A stretch of DNA of 64,000 bases from a bacterium (GTDB lineage: Bacteria; Bacillota_I; Bacilli_A; RFN20; CAG-826). The translations under genes were made by a program, and so were the position numbers. Each line of letters begins with the position of its first letter. The stretch's first letter is position 1. The stretch is from assembly GCA_963617535.1 (NCBI GenBank), contig CAVEPD010000005.1, forward strand, positions 20 through 64,019. Reading direction: 5' to 3'. Below the pieces are notes generated by a model. It saw only the letters and a list, made by a program, of their open reading frames with translations. It had not been told where the DNA came from and did no database searches. Shown here piece by piece: positions 8,733-18,914 of this stretch.

Positions 8733-9701
8733 TTATAGAAGAACGCGTTTAACCTGACTAAGTTCTTCCACAACTTTCATGGATTCCTCATAAGAAAAGG
8801 TAGTCGTGCCTGCGGCAAATTGGTGGCCACCACCGTGAAAATGGGTGGCCGTAGGCTGAACGGGGAAACCTTTATCGGAACGTAGTTCTCCGCGTATTTC
8901 GCCTTTGCCGTCCTCTGTAAACAGGCAATAAATATCGGGGTTCCCAACGGTCTCAATGCAGTTAACCATGGATCCGGCCTCTTCATAGGTCATTCCTTGA
9001 GATAAATAGTCTTCCGTTTTCAAATAAACGTAGGAGACATTTTTGTAACGTTTCACAGCCTTGCAAAGATAACGATGGAATGCTTCCGTTTTGGGATCTT
9101 CAAAGAAAGCGATTTGGCGGATAGATATCGGTTCAACGCCAAGGCTCATGAGTCTACCAACTGCCTCGCAAGTTTGCTTATTTGTGCCGTAAAACCGGAA
9201 ACAGCCCGAATCTGTAAGGATTCCGAGATATAGGGATTCTGCGGCCTTTTTAGAAATCTTAAGCCGGTTTTGCGTCGCAAAATTCTCAATGATCTCTGCA
9301 CAGGCGATTTTGTGATTGTCGACGTAATAATTTGAATAGGGAAAACTTTCGCCGGCTCGGTTCGGATCATGATGATCAAATTTCATGAACTCCCTTGCTA
9401 AACGAACTCGCTGGTCTTCTACTCTTCTTAGGCAAGAGACATCCACGATGATCGCAAGGGAATCTCTGATGGTTTCATCCTTGACTTCATCCATAGGGGC
9501 GATTCGTTCAAAGAATGTTGGCAAGCCTGAGCCAATCGCATAAACCTCTTTATTAGGGAAGTTCTCTTTTATGATCTCCCTAAGTCCGATCTGGGAACCG
9601 AAGCAATCGCCATCTGGCAAGGCATGGCCCCAAATGGTGATAACCTTCGCGTTTTTGATTGTTTTAAGTAAAGCCTCGAAATCCCTCATAGGAAAGTTCA
9701 T
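8733..9701 (-). CDS. nrnA: DHH/DHHA1 phosphoesterase, NrnA-like (nanoRNase / pAp phosphatase)
   Basis: 322 aa with DGDC, DHH (KFDHHD) and GGGHQFAAG motifs. Confidence 0.8.
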   Translation of the reverse strand: MNFPMRDFEALLKTIKNAKVITIWGHALPDGDCFGSQIGLREIIKENFPNKEVYAIGSGLPTFFERIAPMDEVKDETIRDSLAIIVDVSCLRRVEDQRVRLAREFMKFDHHDPNRAGESFPYSNYYVDNHKIACAEIIENFATQNRLKISKKAAESLYLGILTDSGCFRFYGTNKQTCEAVGRLMSLGVEPISIRQIAFFEDPKTEAFHRYLCKAVKRYKNVSYVYLKTEDYLSQGMTYEEAGSMVNCIETVGNPDIYCLFTEDGKGEIRGELRSDKGFPVQPTATHFHGGGHQFAAGTTTFSYEESMKVVEELSQVKRVLL

Positions 9702-9731
9702 TAAGATAACCCATTTCGGAAAAAAGAGAAA

Positions 9732-9757
9732 GAAAAAAGACGCTCGTGGGAGCGTCT
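9732..9757 (-). terminator. Rho-independent terminator after rpoE
   Basis: On the minus strand: AGACGCTC-CCAC-GAGCGTCT followed by TTTTTT. Confidence 0.75.
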
Positions 9758-9776
9758 AGGATTCGCCGAGCGAAGA

Positions 9777-10205
9777 TCAGATGATCTTAACGCCGAGATC
9801 AGCGGCAGTCTCCTTTTTAGAGGGCTCATCATCCTCGTCGGAGCTTTCGCCATCAGAATCAAGGGAACGGCCTTCCATCGAGGCATCGTATTCAGCATCT
9901 TCTTGGGCGTCGATCGCATCTTTGCCCGCTGCTTCAGACTCCTCATTTTCGTAGAAGACGGAAGTATCGATGGTGGTTTTTTCGAACTTTGTTCTCGAAC
10001 GGAGGTTCCAGGTGTAGTCACCATCTTGGACGAAACGTCCATCCAAGGAGAGATCGGTGTAGAAATGTCCGATTCTAGAAGCTTCTTCATCGGGCCCGAT
10101 TTCAAGTTCGGTTTTGATTTTTTCCCAAAGATCCTTGAAGGCGATGGGCTCTTTGGATTCGCTTAGCAATTTGTAAGCAAGTTCGATCATTGATTCTTTC
10201 TTCAT
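9777..10205 (-). CDS. rpoE: DNA-directed RNA polymerase delta subunit
   Basis: N-terminal HARE-HTH-like segment (ELAYKLL...PIAFKDLWEKI) and a strongly acidic C-terminal tail. SD-like AAAGGAAG precedes the ATG at 10205. The ORF extends to a GTG at 10220. Confidence 0.85.
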   Translation of the reverse strand: MKKESMIELAYKLLSESKEPIAFKDLWEKIKTELEIGPDEEASRIGHFYTDLSLDGRFVQDGDYTWNLRSRTKFEKTTIDTSVFYENEESEAAGKDAIDAQEDAEYDASMEGRSLDSDGESSDEDDEPSKKETAADLGVKII

Positions 10206-10216
10206 AATTCTTCCTT

Positions 10217-11851
10217 TCACATCTTTTCAGGAGCGGAGACCCCAAGGATCCCCAAGCCATTCTCCAAGACGATTTCGCAAGCCTTTATAAGGCCTAGGCG
10301 CGACGAGGTCAAGGGGAGATTTTCGCGATCGATGATTCTGCAAGCGGCGTAGAACTCATGAACGAGTCCCGCGAGCTTGTGGACATAGGCGGCAACCTTA
10401 GCAGGCTCCCTCTCTTTCGCGGCGGACTCTATCATACTCGGAAAATCCGCCAAATGTTTCAAAATCGCAAGTTCGGCTGGTTCTTTTAGCATTTTACCCG
10501 TCGTATCGACTTCGATTCCTTCGCCAAGTTTCAGCAAAGAAGCGCAGCGAGCGTGGGCATATTGAGAATAGAAGACGGGGTTCGACGAACTCTGTTCCAT
10601 CGCAAGGTTATAGTTGAAATCAAGATGGCTGGAAGCGCTACGTTCCACGAAGAAGTAACGGACCGCGTCGACCCCCACTTCATCCACCAATTCGCGATGA
10701 GCAATGGCTTTTCCGGTTCTCTTGCTCATCCTGACCTCTTCTCCGTCTTTGTAGACGCGGACAACTTGAACGAATTGGGCCTCAAGGCAATCCTCGGGAT
10801 AGCCTTCCATCATAAGAGCGCTCTTCATACGAGCGATATAGCCATGGTGGTCAGCGCCAAGGACGTCGATGAGATGGCTGAATCCACGGCCCATCTTGTC
10901 ATAGTGATAGCAAATATCCGGCATGAAGTAGGTATAAAGGCCATCCGATTTCACGATAGGACGATCTTTGTCATCGAGGAACTTGGTAGTTGCTAAATAG
11001 GTTGCCCCGTTCTCTTCGTAGACATAGCCTTGCTCTTTGAGCTTGGCGATGGTCTTTTCGATGTTCCCGCCTTTGCGGATGTCACTTTCATAGGTGACCT
11101 TATCGAAATGGACGCGGAAGTCCGCCATGTCTTTCCAAATCTTCTCTAATTCAGCATCGATGCCGAAGCGAATAAAGAAATCATGAGATTCTTGATTGTC
11201 CACAAGGTAGCGGTCGCCATATTGTTCTTTGATTTTCTCAGCGATCTTAATGAGGTCAACGCCATGGTAGTCGTCTTCCGCAAGATCAAGAGGCTCGCCG
11301 AAGGCCTCGTGATAACGAGCACGGATGGAATGGCCTAAGTGCTCAACCTGATTGCCACAGTCGTTCACGTAATATTCGCGAGTCACATCGTATCCAGCCC
11401 AATCAAGCAAGGATGAGATGACGTCCCCCACCGCCGCGCAACGAGTATGTCCCAAATGAAGATCGCCAGTTGGGTTCGCAGAAACGTATTCCACGTCGAT
11501 CTTTTGGCCATTTCTCTCCGCTCTACCGAAAGAGCTGCCTTGAGTGAAGATTTTGTTAAGAATGTCCGTCAAAGCACCATGCTTTAAGAAGAAATTGATG
11601 AAACCAGGTCCCGCGATTTCGATCTTGTCTACGAAATCAAGGGAAAGGCGAGCAGCAAGTTCCTCCGCGAAAGCATGCGGAATCTTTCCGATGCGTTTGG
11701 CGAATTTCATCGCGCAGTTGGTTGCGTAATCGCCATGTGCAGCATCTTTGCTGCGTTCAATGACGATGTCATTTTCGCTCGCCTCAATCCCGAATTCCTT
11801 TAGAACCGGAATCAAGCCTTGTTTTAGTTTCGTTTCGTTGTCCATTTTCAT
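10217..11851 (-). CDS. argS: Arginine--tRNA ligase
   Basis: Class-I synthetase with ANPTGDLHLGH (HIGH) and MSKRTGK (KMSK-like) motifs. The ATG overlaps the ispF stop (ATGA). Confidence 0.95.
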   Translation of the reverse strand: MKMDNETKLKQGLIPVLKEFGIEASENDIVIERSKDAAHGDYATNCAMKFAKRIGKIPHAFAEELAARLSLDFVDKIEIAGPGFINFFLKHGALTDILNKIFTQGSSFGRAERNGQKIDVEYVSANPTGDLHLGHTRCAAVGDVISSLLDWAGYDVTREYYVNDCGNQVEHLGHSIRARYHEAFGEPLDLAEDDYHGVDLIKIAEKIKEQYGDRYLVDNQESHDFFIRFGIDAELEKIWKDMADFRVHFDKVTYESDIRKGGNIEKTIAKLKEQGYVYEENGATYLATTKFLDDKDRPIVKSDGLYTYFMPDICYHYDKMGRGFSHLIDVLGADHHGYIARMKSALMMEGYPEDCLEAQFVQVVRVYKDGEEVRMSKRTGKAIAHRELVDEVGVDAVRYFFVERSASSHLDFNYNLAMEQSSSNPVFYSQYAHARCASLLKLGEGIEVDTTGKMLKEPAELAILKHLADFPSMIESAAKEREPAKVAAYVHKLAGLVHEFYAACRIIDRENLPLTSSRLGLIKACEIVLENGLGILGVSAPEKM

Positions 11852-12336
11852 AACCCCTTTTTGCAAACAAGGACGGCTGCTTTAGCGCGGATTCCTTCCC
11901 CGTGGCCAATCTCGCCTAACCCCTCTTCCGTGCCGGCTTGAACACCAACACGCGATACATCGATTTCTAAGAGTCTCGCTAAGTTCTCCCTCATTTCAAG
12001 CAAGAACGGCGCAAGCTTTGGCTTTTCAGCCAAGATAACTACGTCAAGATTATTCACGACATAGCCTTTTTCTTTGATCATCCTCATCACTTCAAGAACG
12101 ATATTTGAACTATCCGCGTTCTCCCATTTTGGGTCATCGGTTTTGAAATAGTGGCCGATATCCCCAAGAGCGAGAGAGCCAAGAAGAGCATCGCTTACCG
12201 CATGATAGATGACATCCCCATCGCTATGAGCGAGCAGGCCTTTCTCGAAGGGAATTTTGACCCCCGCAAGAACAAGCTGTTTCCCAGGCGTGAAACGATG
12301 AATGTCCTCTCCTATGCCGATTCGAATATCCATCAT
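11848..12336 (-). CDS. ispF: 2-C-methyl-D-erythritol 2,4-cyclodiphosphate synthase
   Basis: MDIRIGIGEDIHRF..., HSDGDV and LGDIGHYF motifs. The start overlaps the ychF stop (ATGATG/TGA). The ORF-track N-terminal extension runs into ychF and is not real. Confidence 0.9.
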   Translation of the reverse strand: MMDIRIGIGEDIHRFTPGKQLVLAGVKIPFEKGLLAHSDGDVIYHAVSDALLGSLALGDIGHYFKTDDPKWENADSSNIVLEVMRMIKEKGYVVNNLDVVILAEKPKLAPFLLEMRENLARLLEIDVSRVGVQAGTEEGLGEIGHGEGIRAKAAVLVCKKGL

Positions 12337-13448
12337 TTGGTGACATTGAAGCGGAAGAAGACGACGTCGCCGTCTTTCATCCGATATTCCTTTCCTTCTT
12401 GGCGAAGTTTGCCAGCTTCCTTGACCGCGGCCTCCGAGCCATATTGTTTCAAGCAATCGAAGTCATAGACCTCAGCTTTGATGAAGCCTTTTTGGAAATC
12501 GGTATGGATGATCCCGGCGCATTCTGGCGCGGTCATGCCATTTTGGAAAGTCCAAGCACGACATTCATCGCTCCCGCAGGTAAAGAAGGTTGAGAGATTG
12601 AGGAGCTTATAAGCAGCTTTGACAAGTTTATCAAGACCGCTTTCTTCCGCCCCCAAGGTCTCCAAGAATTCTTTTCTTTCCTGCCCAGAGAGCTGGGAGA
12701 TCTCGTATTCAATTTCGCAGGAGACGGGGATGCATTGCGCTCCTTGTCCTTCCGCAATTTTCTTAACGGTCTGGTAATATTTGCACCCATTGAGATCGGA
12801 GTAGTCCGAATCCGCGACGTTAGCGACGTAGATGATGGGCTTAGCGGAGAGCAAGAAGAAGTTCTTTCTAGCGTATTCCTTCTGCTCATCACTTAATTCC
12901 GGGCAGGTACGGGCTGGTTTGCCCTCCCCTAGCCATTTTTCAAGCGGGGTAAGAATAGCCATCTCATATTGGGCGACTTTATCATGGGCAACCCTGGCTT
13001 TGATGCCTTGCTTGCCTGAACGGGCAACAACGCTTTCGTAGTCGGCCATCGCAAGCTCAAGATCAATGATTCCGATATCTCTTTCAGGGTCGACAGTGGC
13101 TTCGACGTGAGTAATTTCATTGGAGTCAAAGCAGCGGACAACCTCGCAAATCGCATCGCACTCGCGGATGGCCGCGAGGAATTGATTGCCTAAGCCTTCC
13201 CCTTTGGAAGCGCCTTTCACTAGACCTGCGATATCGTAAAAATCAAAGGTGGCGCTCACTCTCTTTGCGGGATGAAACATATCGCAAAGGAAATCAAGGC
13301 GCTCATCGGGCACAGTTACCACACCCGTGTTCGGATTGATGGTGGCGAAAGGATAATTCGCCGCCTCGACATGTGAATTCGTAATAGCGTTGAACAAAGT
13401 GGATTTTCCCACGTTAGGGAGGCCCACAATTCCGGCTTTTAATGGCAT
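12333..13448 (-). CDS. ychF: Redox-regulated ATPase YchF (Obg-family GTPase-like)
   Basis: GIVGLPNVGKST P-loop, TGS-like C-terminal domain, 371 aa. Confidence 0.95.
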   Translation of the reverse strand: MPLKAGIVGLPNVGKSTLFNAITNSHVEAANYPFATINPNTGVVTVPDERLDFLCDMFHPAKRVSATFDFYDIAGLVKGASKGEGLGNQFLAAIRECDAICEVVRCFDSNEITHVEATVDPERDIGIIDLELAMADYESVVARSGKQGIKARVAHDKVAQYEMAILTPLEKWLGEGKPARTCPELSDEQKEYARKNFFLLSAKPIIYVANVADSDYSDLNGCKYYQTVKKIAEGQGAQCIPVSCEIEYEISQLSGQERKEFLETLGAEESGLDKLVKAAYKLLNLSTFFTCGSDECRAWTFQNGMTAPECAGIIHTDFQKGFIKAEVYDFDCLKQYGSEAAVKEAGKLRQEGKEYRMKDGDVVFFRFNVTK

Positions 13449-13512
13449 AGATTCTTCTTCCTCAAAAATGGCGGGTTAATTCTAGCGCGTAGCGCGCGCA
13501 TGAAAAAGGGTG

Positions 13513-13540
13513 AAAAAAGCCCCCGAATTTTTTCGGAGGC
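13513..13540 (-). terminator. Rho-independent terminator of the cold-shock gene
   Basis: On the minus strand: GCCTCCGAA-AAAA-TTCGGGGGC followed by TTTTTT. Confidence 0.75.
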
Positions 13541-13559
13541 GCTACCAGCTAGGTATAAA

Positions 13560-13760
13560 TTAGTCGACTTTCTTGACGTTCTTGGCACGCGGCCCACGAT
13601 TCGACTCTTCGATTTCGAACTCTACGTTCTCGCCAGGTTCAGCGATTTTGTAGTGGTCCATCACAAGAGCGGAATAGTGGAAGAAGTAGTCCTGGTTGTC
13701 TTCGGCGTGAATGAAACCATACCCCTTCTCCTTGTTGAACATTTTAACTGTTCCCTTCAT
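13560..13760 (-). CDS. Cold-shock protein (CspA family)
   Basis: MKGTVKMFNKEKGYGFI... with RNP1/RNP2-like motifs, 66 aa. Preceded by an extended -10 (TGGTATCAT, 13815-13823) and a leader of about 50 nt. Confidence 0.9.
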   Translation of the reverse strand: MKGTVKMFNKEKGYGFIHAEDNQDYFFHYSALVMDHYKIAEPGENVEFEIEESNRGPRAKNVKKVD

Positions 13761-13853
13761 GAGAATCCTAACCTTCCTAGCCATACGCCCGAAAAGGTTT
13801 TTTGGCTGTGGAATATGATACCATCTTTTCTCACGCAATTGTACAAGACATTT

Positions 13854-16640
13854 TTACCAAAGTTTTCTTTTTCGCATTCGGAAAAATATCGTCAATAAAA
13901 CGATTAATGAGAACAAGACGGCGGAGAGGCACATCCCGAAGATGGGTTCCCAGGAAATCTTGAAACCAATAGAACCGCCAAGCTCATTTTTAAGATAAAG
14001 CGAAACAACAAATTCCAGCACGAGCATAGAGAGGACGGACGAGATCAGCGCGCCGAGAGTGGACACAAGCGTATGACAAAAAAGCGATTTACAGATATCC
14101 GCCCGAGTTGCGCCGAGAGCAAAAAGCAATTTGTTTTCTTTTTCGTTCTCCTTAATCGTAATACCGAGCACCACCATAAAGAGCAAGCACGACATCAAAA
14201 AAGAGAACGCCGAGAAGCAAATGAGAATTTCTCTGATGTAACCGAGGGATTCCTCAATAGTCGAAGAAACTTCTAAGCTAGGAGAAGTAAAGCGATAGGT
14301 GGGATAAGCACGATTCATTTTTTCCAAGAGGGGCTCAATTTCGCTATCGCCATCTATTTGAAAAACCGCTCCATAAGGCTCGAGCAAAAAGGGGTCGGCA
14401 TCCAAGACGAAAAAGTAGAAATCAGCCGTCCAGTCTTTTGGGAGGTAAATCGTCTCCGTTTGTTCCTCCTTCACCCCCACGATTTTTAGAGCTCCAAAGG
14501 TGAAAGTACGATCATAAAAGGAATCGTTCTCTTCCCCGTAAACCTCTCCTGAAACGTAAATCTCTTCTGGCTTTCCCCAGGCCTCAAATAGAGCAGAAGA
14601 AACAACGATTTCTTCATACGAAGAGGGAGAAACGCCGCTTAAAAGTCCCTCACAGTCAAAACTTAAGCGGGGTTTTGCGGCGTTTTCGTAGATATAAGTA
14701 TCGCGGCAATTGGAAGGGAGCTCGATTAACGCGTCCTTTTGAGAATAAGGTAAACGGCCATATGTTTCCGATACAATTTTCACGTCTTCTTCATTTGGCG
14801 AAAGGAATAGATGGGTGGCTGTGCCCGTCAATACGGAATCGTTGGAAGCGAAAATGCCCACGCTAGTGGCAGCGTCCCTCCCGATGATTTCGGGGTTGTC
14901 ATCAGCAATAGTGGCGATGTCTCCCCAAGTCGGCCCACTTTTATCACAAGAGAAAACGTATAAGCGGTTATAAGGGGATACGTCTCCTTCTTCAAGCAAA
15001 GAGGCCAAAAACGTATTTGAAGCCTTTTCGAAAACTAAATTCTTCCGCTCGGAGTCAAGCCTTATCTTTTGCAAAAATTCCGACGGGTGCGTAAAAAATT
15101 CCAAATAAGGAACCTCATAAATCGCCTGAGGAGAAGAGGAATCGCCCATCTTTGCTGGCTTAAATCTCATCTTCTCCACCAGGATTTCCCTAGCCCATAG
15201 ATGATCCCAATGAAAAATGGTGTTTTTCTTCGTTTGAGTGACGGCCACCAAATTAAAAATCTGCTCATCTTGAAAGCCCCACTCCAGATGGCTCGCGGTC
15301 ACGATAATCGGAAGCGGACTCTCGCTTAAATATTTTCCTAAGCTTTCAAAAGACCGTTCGATCCCAAGCCCGTAACACAATTGGAACATATTCGCGTAAG
15401 TAAGTCCAAAGGCCACGTCATCCCAATCCATCATCGCTGGGGTCGAAGGATAAAAGACAGCGTCTCTATTGCAGTCCAGCCACTGGTAATCATTGATCGA
15501 CCGCATGCTAAAACCCTGCAAATGTATGCTTTTTGATCCTTGAATCGCATAAAAGTCATTGTCGTCACAAAACCATTCCTCGAAGTTCAGCAGGTAGCTA
15601 GCGCCGTAATCGAGCACGTAATTTTGATAATCGTTTTTAAGGGAGTTCATTTCTTCTAAGTCATAGGCGTAGACATTTGAAATTGATGACGACGATTCAT
15701 TTCGTTTTCCCATAACGATTTGATTTTCCGGGACGATTGAGGAAAGAGAGGCGTTCAGTTGTTTCGATAAAGAGGAAGAGAGAAAAAAGGAAAGACCAAT
15801 ACCAATTAAACCAAAGCAAATCGACCCCTCCGTAACAATGGATCGCCACTTCTTGTGTTTGAGCAAATGAAAAGCGTGCTTAAGCAAGGACAAGAAAGGG
15901 AAACGGGGCGGATGGCGTTCCTTGGACAAAGCCATCTTCGGGTGACTGCCTTTTTCGGCTTCTTCTTCAACGGTTTTAAAAGTGGCGAGATTCCCGTCTT
16001 CTAGTTTCAGTATTCCTTCACAATATTTCGTGAGCATATCCTCGTCGTGACTAACCACCACCACTAAACAACGAGAGGACAATTTTTGAAGAATTTCGAA
16101 TACCTTGATCGCGTTTTCCTTGTCCAAGGCAGCCGTTGGCTCATCTAAAAGAAGCAGAGAAGGGCTGTTGATTATAGCTCTAGCTATCGCGGCCCTTTGC
16201 TTTTCTCCCCCTGATAAAGTGGAAACAATTCTTTTTTTGAATTCGCCAAGACCAACGCTTTCCAAGGCTTCTTGAACCTTTTGCCTTTTAAGCCGGGAAG
16301 AGCAGTCAAAACAAGCAGACAAAGGCAAAAGAAGGTTCTCTTCCACGCTTTCAAGATCAAGCAGATTGAATTGTTGAAAAACATAGCCGATGTTTTTAAG
16401 TCGATACTGAGCTTTTTTCGTTTCGTCCCAGCGTCTTGGGTTCTTCCCAAAAAGGCGATACTCCCCTTGATAATCGTCATCCAAAAGAGAAAGGATGCTC
16501 ATCAAAGTACTTTTCCCGCATCCCGAGGCGCCTGCAATTCCGAAAAGGCCTTTCGAAGGAAGGGAAAAAGAAACCCCCTTCAGGACTTTTCGTTCACCGA
16601 AGGAACGTAATAAACCCTTGCAGACAATGCCTTCACTCAT
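13854..16640 (-). CDS. MacB-type ABC transporter, fused ATPase + FtsX-like permease with a very large extracytoplasmic domain
   Basis: N-terminal ABC ATPase (GASGCGKST, LSGGEKQR, LLLLDEPT). One TM, about 500 aa of extracytoplasmic sequence, then three C-terminal TMs with an FtsX-like loop (LFALGATRADI). Confidence 0.8.
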   Translation of the reverse strand: MSEGIVCKGLLRSFGERKVLKGVSFSLPSKGLFGIAGASGCGKSTLMSILSLLDDDYQGEYRLFGKNPRRWDETKKAQYRLKNIGYVFQQFNLLDLESVEENLLLPLSACFDCSSRLKRQKVQEALESVGLGEFKKRIVSTLSGGEKQRAAIARAIINSPSLLLLDEPTAALDKENAIKVFEILQKLSSRCLVVVVSHDEDMLTKYCEGILKLEDGNLATFKTVEEEAEKGSHPKMALSKERHPPRFPFLSLLKHAFHLLKHKKWRSIVTEGSICFGLIGIGLSFFLSSSLSKQLNASLSSIVPENQIVMGKRNESSSSISNVYAYDLEEMNSLKNDYQNYVLDYGASYLLNFEEWFCDDNDFYAIQGSKSIHLQGFSMRSINDYQWLDCNRDAVFYPSTPAMMDWDDVAFGLTYANMFQLCYGLGIERSFESLGKYLSESPLPIIVTASHLEWGFQDEQIFNLVAVTQTKKNTIFHWDHLWAREILVEKMRFKPAKMGDSSSPQAIYEVPYLEFFTHPSEFLQKIRLDSERKNLVFEKASNTFLASLLEEGDVSPYNRLYVFSCDKSGPTWGDIATIADDNPEIIGRDAATSVGIFASNDSVLTGTATHLFLSPNEEDVKIVSETYGRLPYSQKDALIELPSNCRDTYIYENAAKPRLSFDCEGLLSGVSPSSYEEIVVSSALFEAWGKPEEIYVSGEVYGEENDSFYDRTFTFGALKIVGVKEEQTETIYLPKDWTADFYFFVLDADPFLLEPYGAVFQIDGDSEIEPLLEKMNRAYPTYRFTSPSLEVSSTIEESLGYIREILICFSAFSFLMSCLLFMVVLGITIKENEKENKLLFALGATRADICKSLFCHTLVSTLGALISSVLSMLVLEFVVSLYLKNELGGSIGFKISWEPIFGMCLSAVLFSLIVLLTIFFRMRKRKLW

Positions 16641-18654
16641 CGCGTAACTCCTCGTTCAAGTCGCAATGATTGGCTTTTGTCAAAGGGAAGAAGCAGCAAA
16701 GCAAATTAAACAATGCAGCGAAAGCCAAAACGATTAAGGGAATAAGAAAAGGAATCCCAAGGTATTTGATAAGTGGAATGTCAATCAGATTGTCTAAACC
16801 AAATTTAGTTTGGAAAAGAAGATTGCCCCCATATGCCGCCAAAGGGCAAAGTAGCAGGGACAAGAAGCCCGAGAAGAGGCCGCTAAGAAGAGCTTCTATA
16901 TAAGAAATCCAATCCACCTCCCTCCTAAACGCCCCAAGAGAAGCTAGAATCGCCCTTTCTTTTCGCTCCTCCAAAAAGGAAGAGTAATTGCTCATGCCCA
17001 TTACAACGGCAACCGAGGCCAACGAAATTATTGTGAAAGCAAGCAAAGACCACGAGGTCCCCTTCGATAGCATAGAAAAGCTTTCAACGGCGGTTCGAAC
17101 ATTATTCGAAGCAATCACTCCTTCTTTCGTGGATGCGTTCATCTCAGCAAGCCTGTCCGCGTCTTCAAAGGTTTTGCAAAAAGCGTAACGGGAGAAAGCA
17201 CTATAAAAAGAATTGTCTTTCGAATCTCTCACGAAATCATAGACGGTTGAATTATTGGGGAGCGAAGTTTCTTTGAAATACTCCTGAAAGGCAGAATAAG
17301 AATAATAGATTTTTGGGGAGCTCATAAAAGGAAAATCCTCCACAATCTTCACAATTTCAAAGTCAAAATCCCCGTAAAAAGCCACTCTTTTACCTTCAGA
17401 GTCTTCTACTTCGCACGAATAAGGAACGCGAATTTTATCCCAAAGGCCAATATCGGAATAACGAGTCGCAAAGGCTTTGTTTACCAGGCAAATTCCGGTG
17501 CTGTCCCCTATTGATTCCTCTTCGCCCCAAATCAAAGGATCATCAAAAGAGAAAACAGGATATAAAGAAACAGGGTCTTGGTTTTCCCCTTCGAATGAGA
17601 AAACCGATGCTTCTGGTATGAAGTAGGAGAAATCCAAACAGACCTCCGCTTGAATATCATTCAGCAAATCGAAGCACTCGTTTTCCGTCGGACGGCGGGT
17701 CTCAATAATGCTTAGCGGAGAAGAAGCCACCGAAGCCTTTGTTTCTTCCTGCAAACGGAACGTTCGATAATCAATCGCGCTGCGCGCTTGCTTTGCAATG
17801 GCGGCCTCGTTGCCTTTGAAATAGCCAAAGCTTAATAAGCCAGAGACAAGGCCGAGCGAGGCCGTGACAACACAGACCAAATTCTTTCCCAAATGCTTTT
17901 TGAGGTTCTTTTTAAGGAAAGACATTTGCCAGTTCTTTCGGCTCTTTCTTTTTTGAACGGCAGGAGACCAGCTTTTCTTATCTTCCGAAAAAGAAGGGCA
18001 AGGCGCTCCGATGCGCCACTGGCAATCTACATAGCAATCGAGCAGTTTCTGATTATGACTAACAATTACAACTAACCGTTTTTCCGATACCTTTTTAAGA
18101 ATTTGCATCACATTTTCGGAAGAAGCCTCATCCAAAGCCCCCGTCGGTTCATCACATAGTAAGACGTATGGATTATTGATGAGCGCGCGGCAAATTGCGA
18201 TTCGCTGTTTCTCCCCGCCTGAGCAAGAACCGGCTAACTGCTTTTCTTTATCTTTCAAGCCGACATCCAAAAGAAGCTCTTTTGCTTTTTTGTTTAAACT
18301 CGTAGGCTCAGCTCCGCTGAAAAAGCCTGGCAGGGTGATGTTTTCCAAAGCAGAGAGATAATCGATAAGGTTGTAATGTTGAAATACCAAGCCGACAACT
18401 TTTTGACGATAGATGGAGAGTTGGCTAGATGAAAAATCCGTCAGCTCATTTTTCCCGAGTTTGATTTTCCCTTCGCTCGGTTTGCTAAGCCCAGAAAGCA
18501 ATGATAAAAAGGTGCTCTTCCCACATCCCGAAGGACCGCTGACGGCAAAGAAACCTTTGGAAGGCAAAACCAAGTTCACATGGCGGAACAGCCAGCGCTT
18601 CTTTTTCCCATCGGGAACCCATTTCCCAATATTCTTAAGTTGAATGAGAGACAA
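16633..18654 (-). CDS. MacB-type ABC transporter, fused ATPase + FtsX-like permease
   Basis: TTG start preceded by [32 protein letters not shown]. About 250 aa extracytoplasmic domain and FtsX-like C-terminus ([12 protein letters not shown]). Overlaps the next ABC gene by 8 nt. Confidence 0.8.
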   Translation of the reverse strand: MSLIQLKNIGKWVPDGKKKRWLFRHVNLVLPSKGFFAVSGPSGCGKSTFLSLLSGLSKPSEGKIKLGKNELTDFSSSQLSIYRQKVVGLVFQHYNLIDYLSALENITLPGFFSGAEPTSLNKKAKELLLDVGLKDKEKQLAGSCSGGEKQRIAICRALINNPYVLLCDEPTGALDEASSENVMQILKKVSEKRLVVIVSHNQKLLDCYVDCQWRIGAPCPSFSEDKKSWSPAVQKRKSRKNWQMSFLKKNLKKHLGKNLVCVVTASLGLVSGLLSFGYFKGNEAAIAKQARSAIDYRTFRLQEETKASVASSPLSIIETRRPTENECFDLLNDIQAEVCLDFSYFIPEASVFSFEGENQDPVSLYPVFSFDDPLIWGEEESIGDSTGICLVNKAFATRYSDIGLWDKIRVPYSCEVEDSEGKRVAFYGDFDFEIVKIVEDFPFMSSPKIYYSYSAFQEYFKETSLPNNSTVYDFVRDSKDNSFYSAFSRYAFCKTFEDADRLAEMNASTKEGVIASNNVRTAVESFSMLSKGTSWSLLAFTIISLASVAVVMGMSNYSSFLEERKERAILASLGAFRREVDWISYIEALLSGLFSGFLSLLLCPLAAYGGNLLFQTKFGLDNLIDIPLIKYLGIPFLIPLIVLAFAALFNLLCCFFPLTKANHCDLNEELRDE

Positions 18655-18702
18655 AGAAAATCCTCCTTCACCCTATAAATAAAGAGAGAAGAGGGACTTT
18701 TC

Positions 18703-18882
18703 CTAATTTTTCGTCAAAATTTCTGAATGATGGGCAAGAATTTTTTTAAGACGCTTATTGAAAGCGTCGCGATCCATCATGATCACGTTGCCGCAGCCAA
18801 GGCATTGGATCTTAACATCCGCGCCGACTCGGACCACTTGAAATCTCTTGGAATGATGGGAACAAGGGTGAGGCCTTTTCAT
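18703..18882 (-). CDS. Small zinc-ribbon protein, DUF951/YyzM-like (the ORF extends to 18921)
   Basis: KRPHPC..H...VVRVGADVKIQCLGCGNVIMMDRDAFNKRLKKI matches my recollection of the DUF951 pattern. Confidence 0.6.
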   Translation of the reverse strand: MKRPHPCSHHSKRFQVVRVGADVKIQCLGCGNVIMMDRDAFNKRLKKILAHHSEILTKN

Positions 18883-18914
18883 TTCAACCTCATCGTATAA
18901 AGACAAGGATTCTC

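Noticed and set aside
12337-12456. A 40-aa N-terminal extension of IspF in the ORF track.
   Set aside because: The extension lies inside the ychF coding region and is Arg-rich nonsense. The canonical IspF N-terminus (MDIRIGIG) starts at the ATG overlapping the ychF stop.
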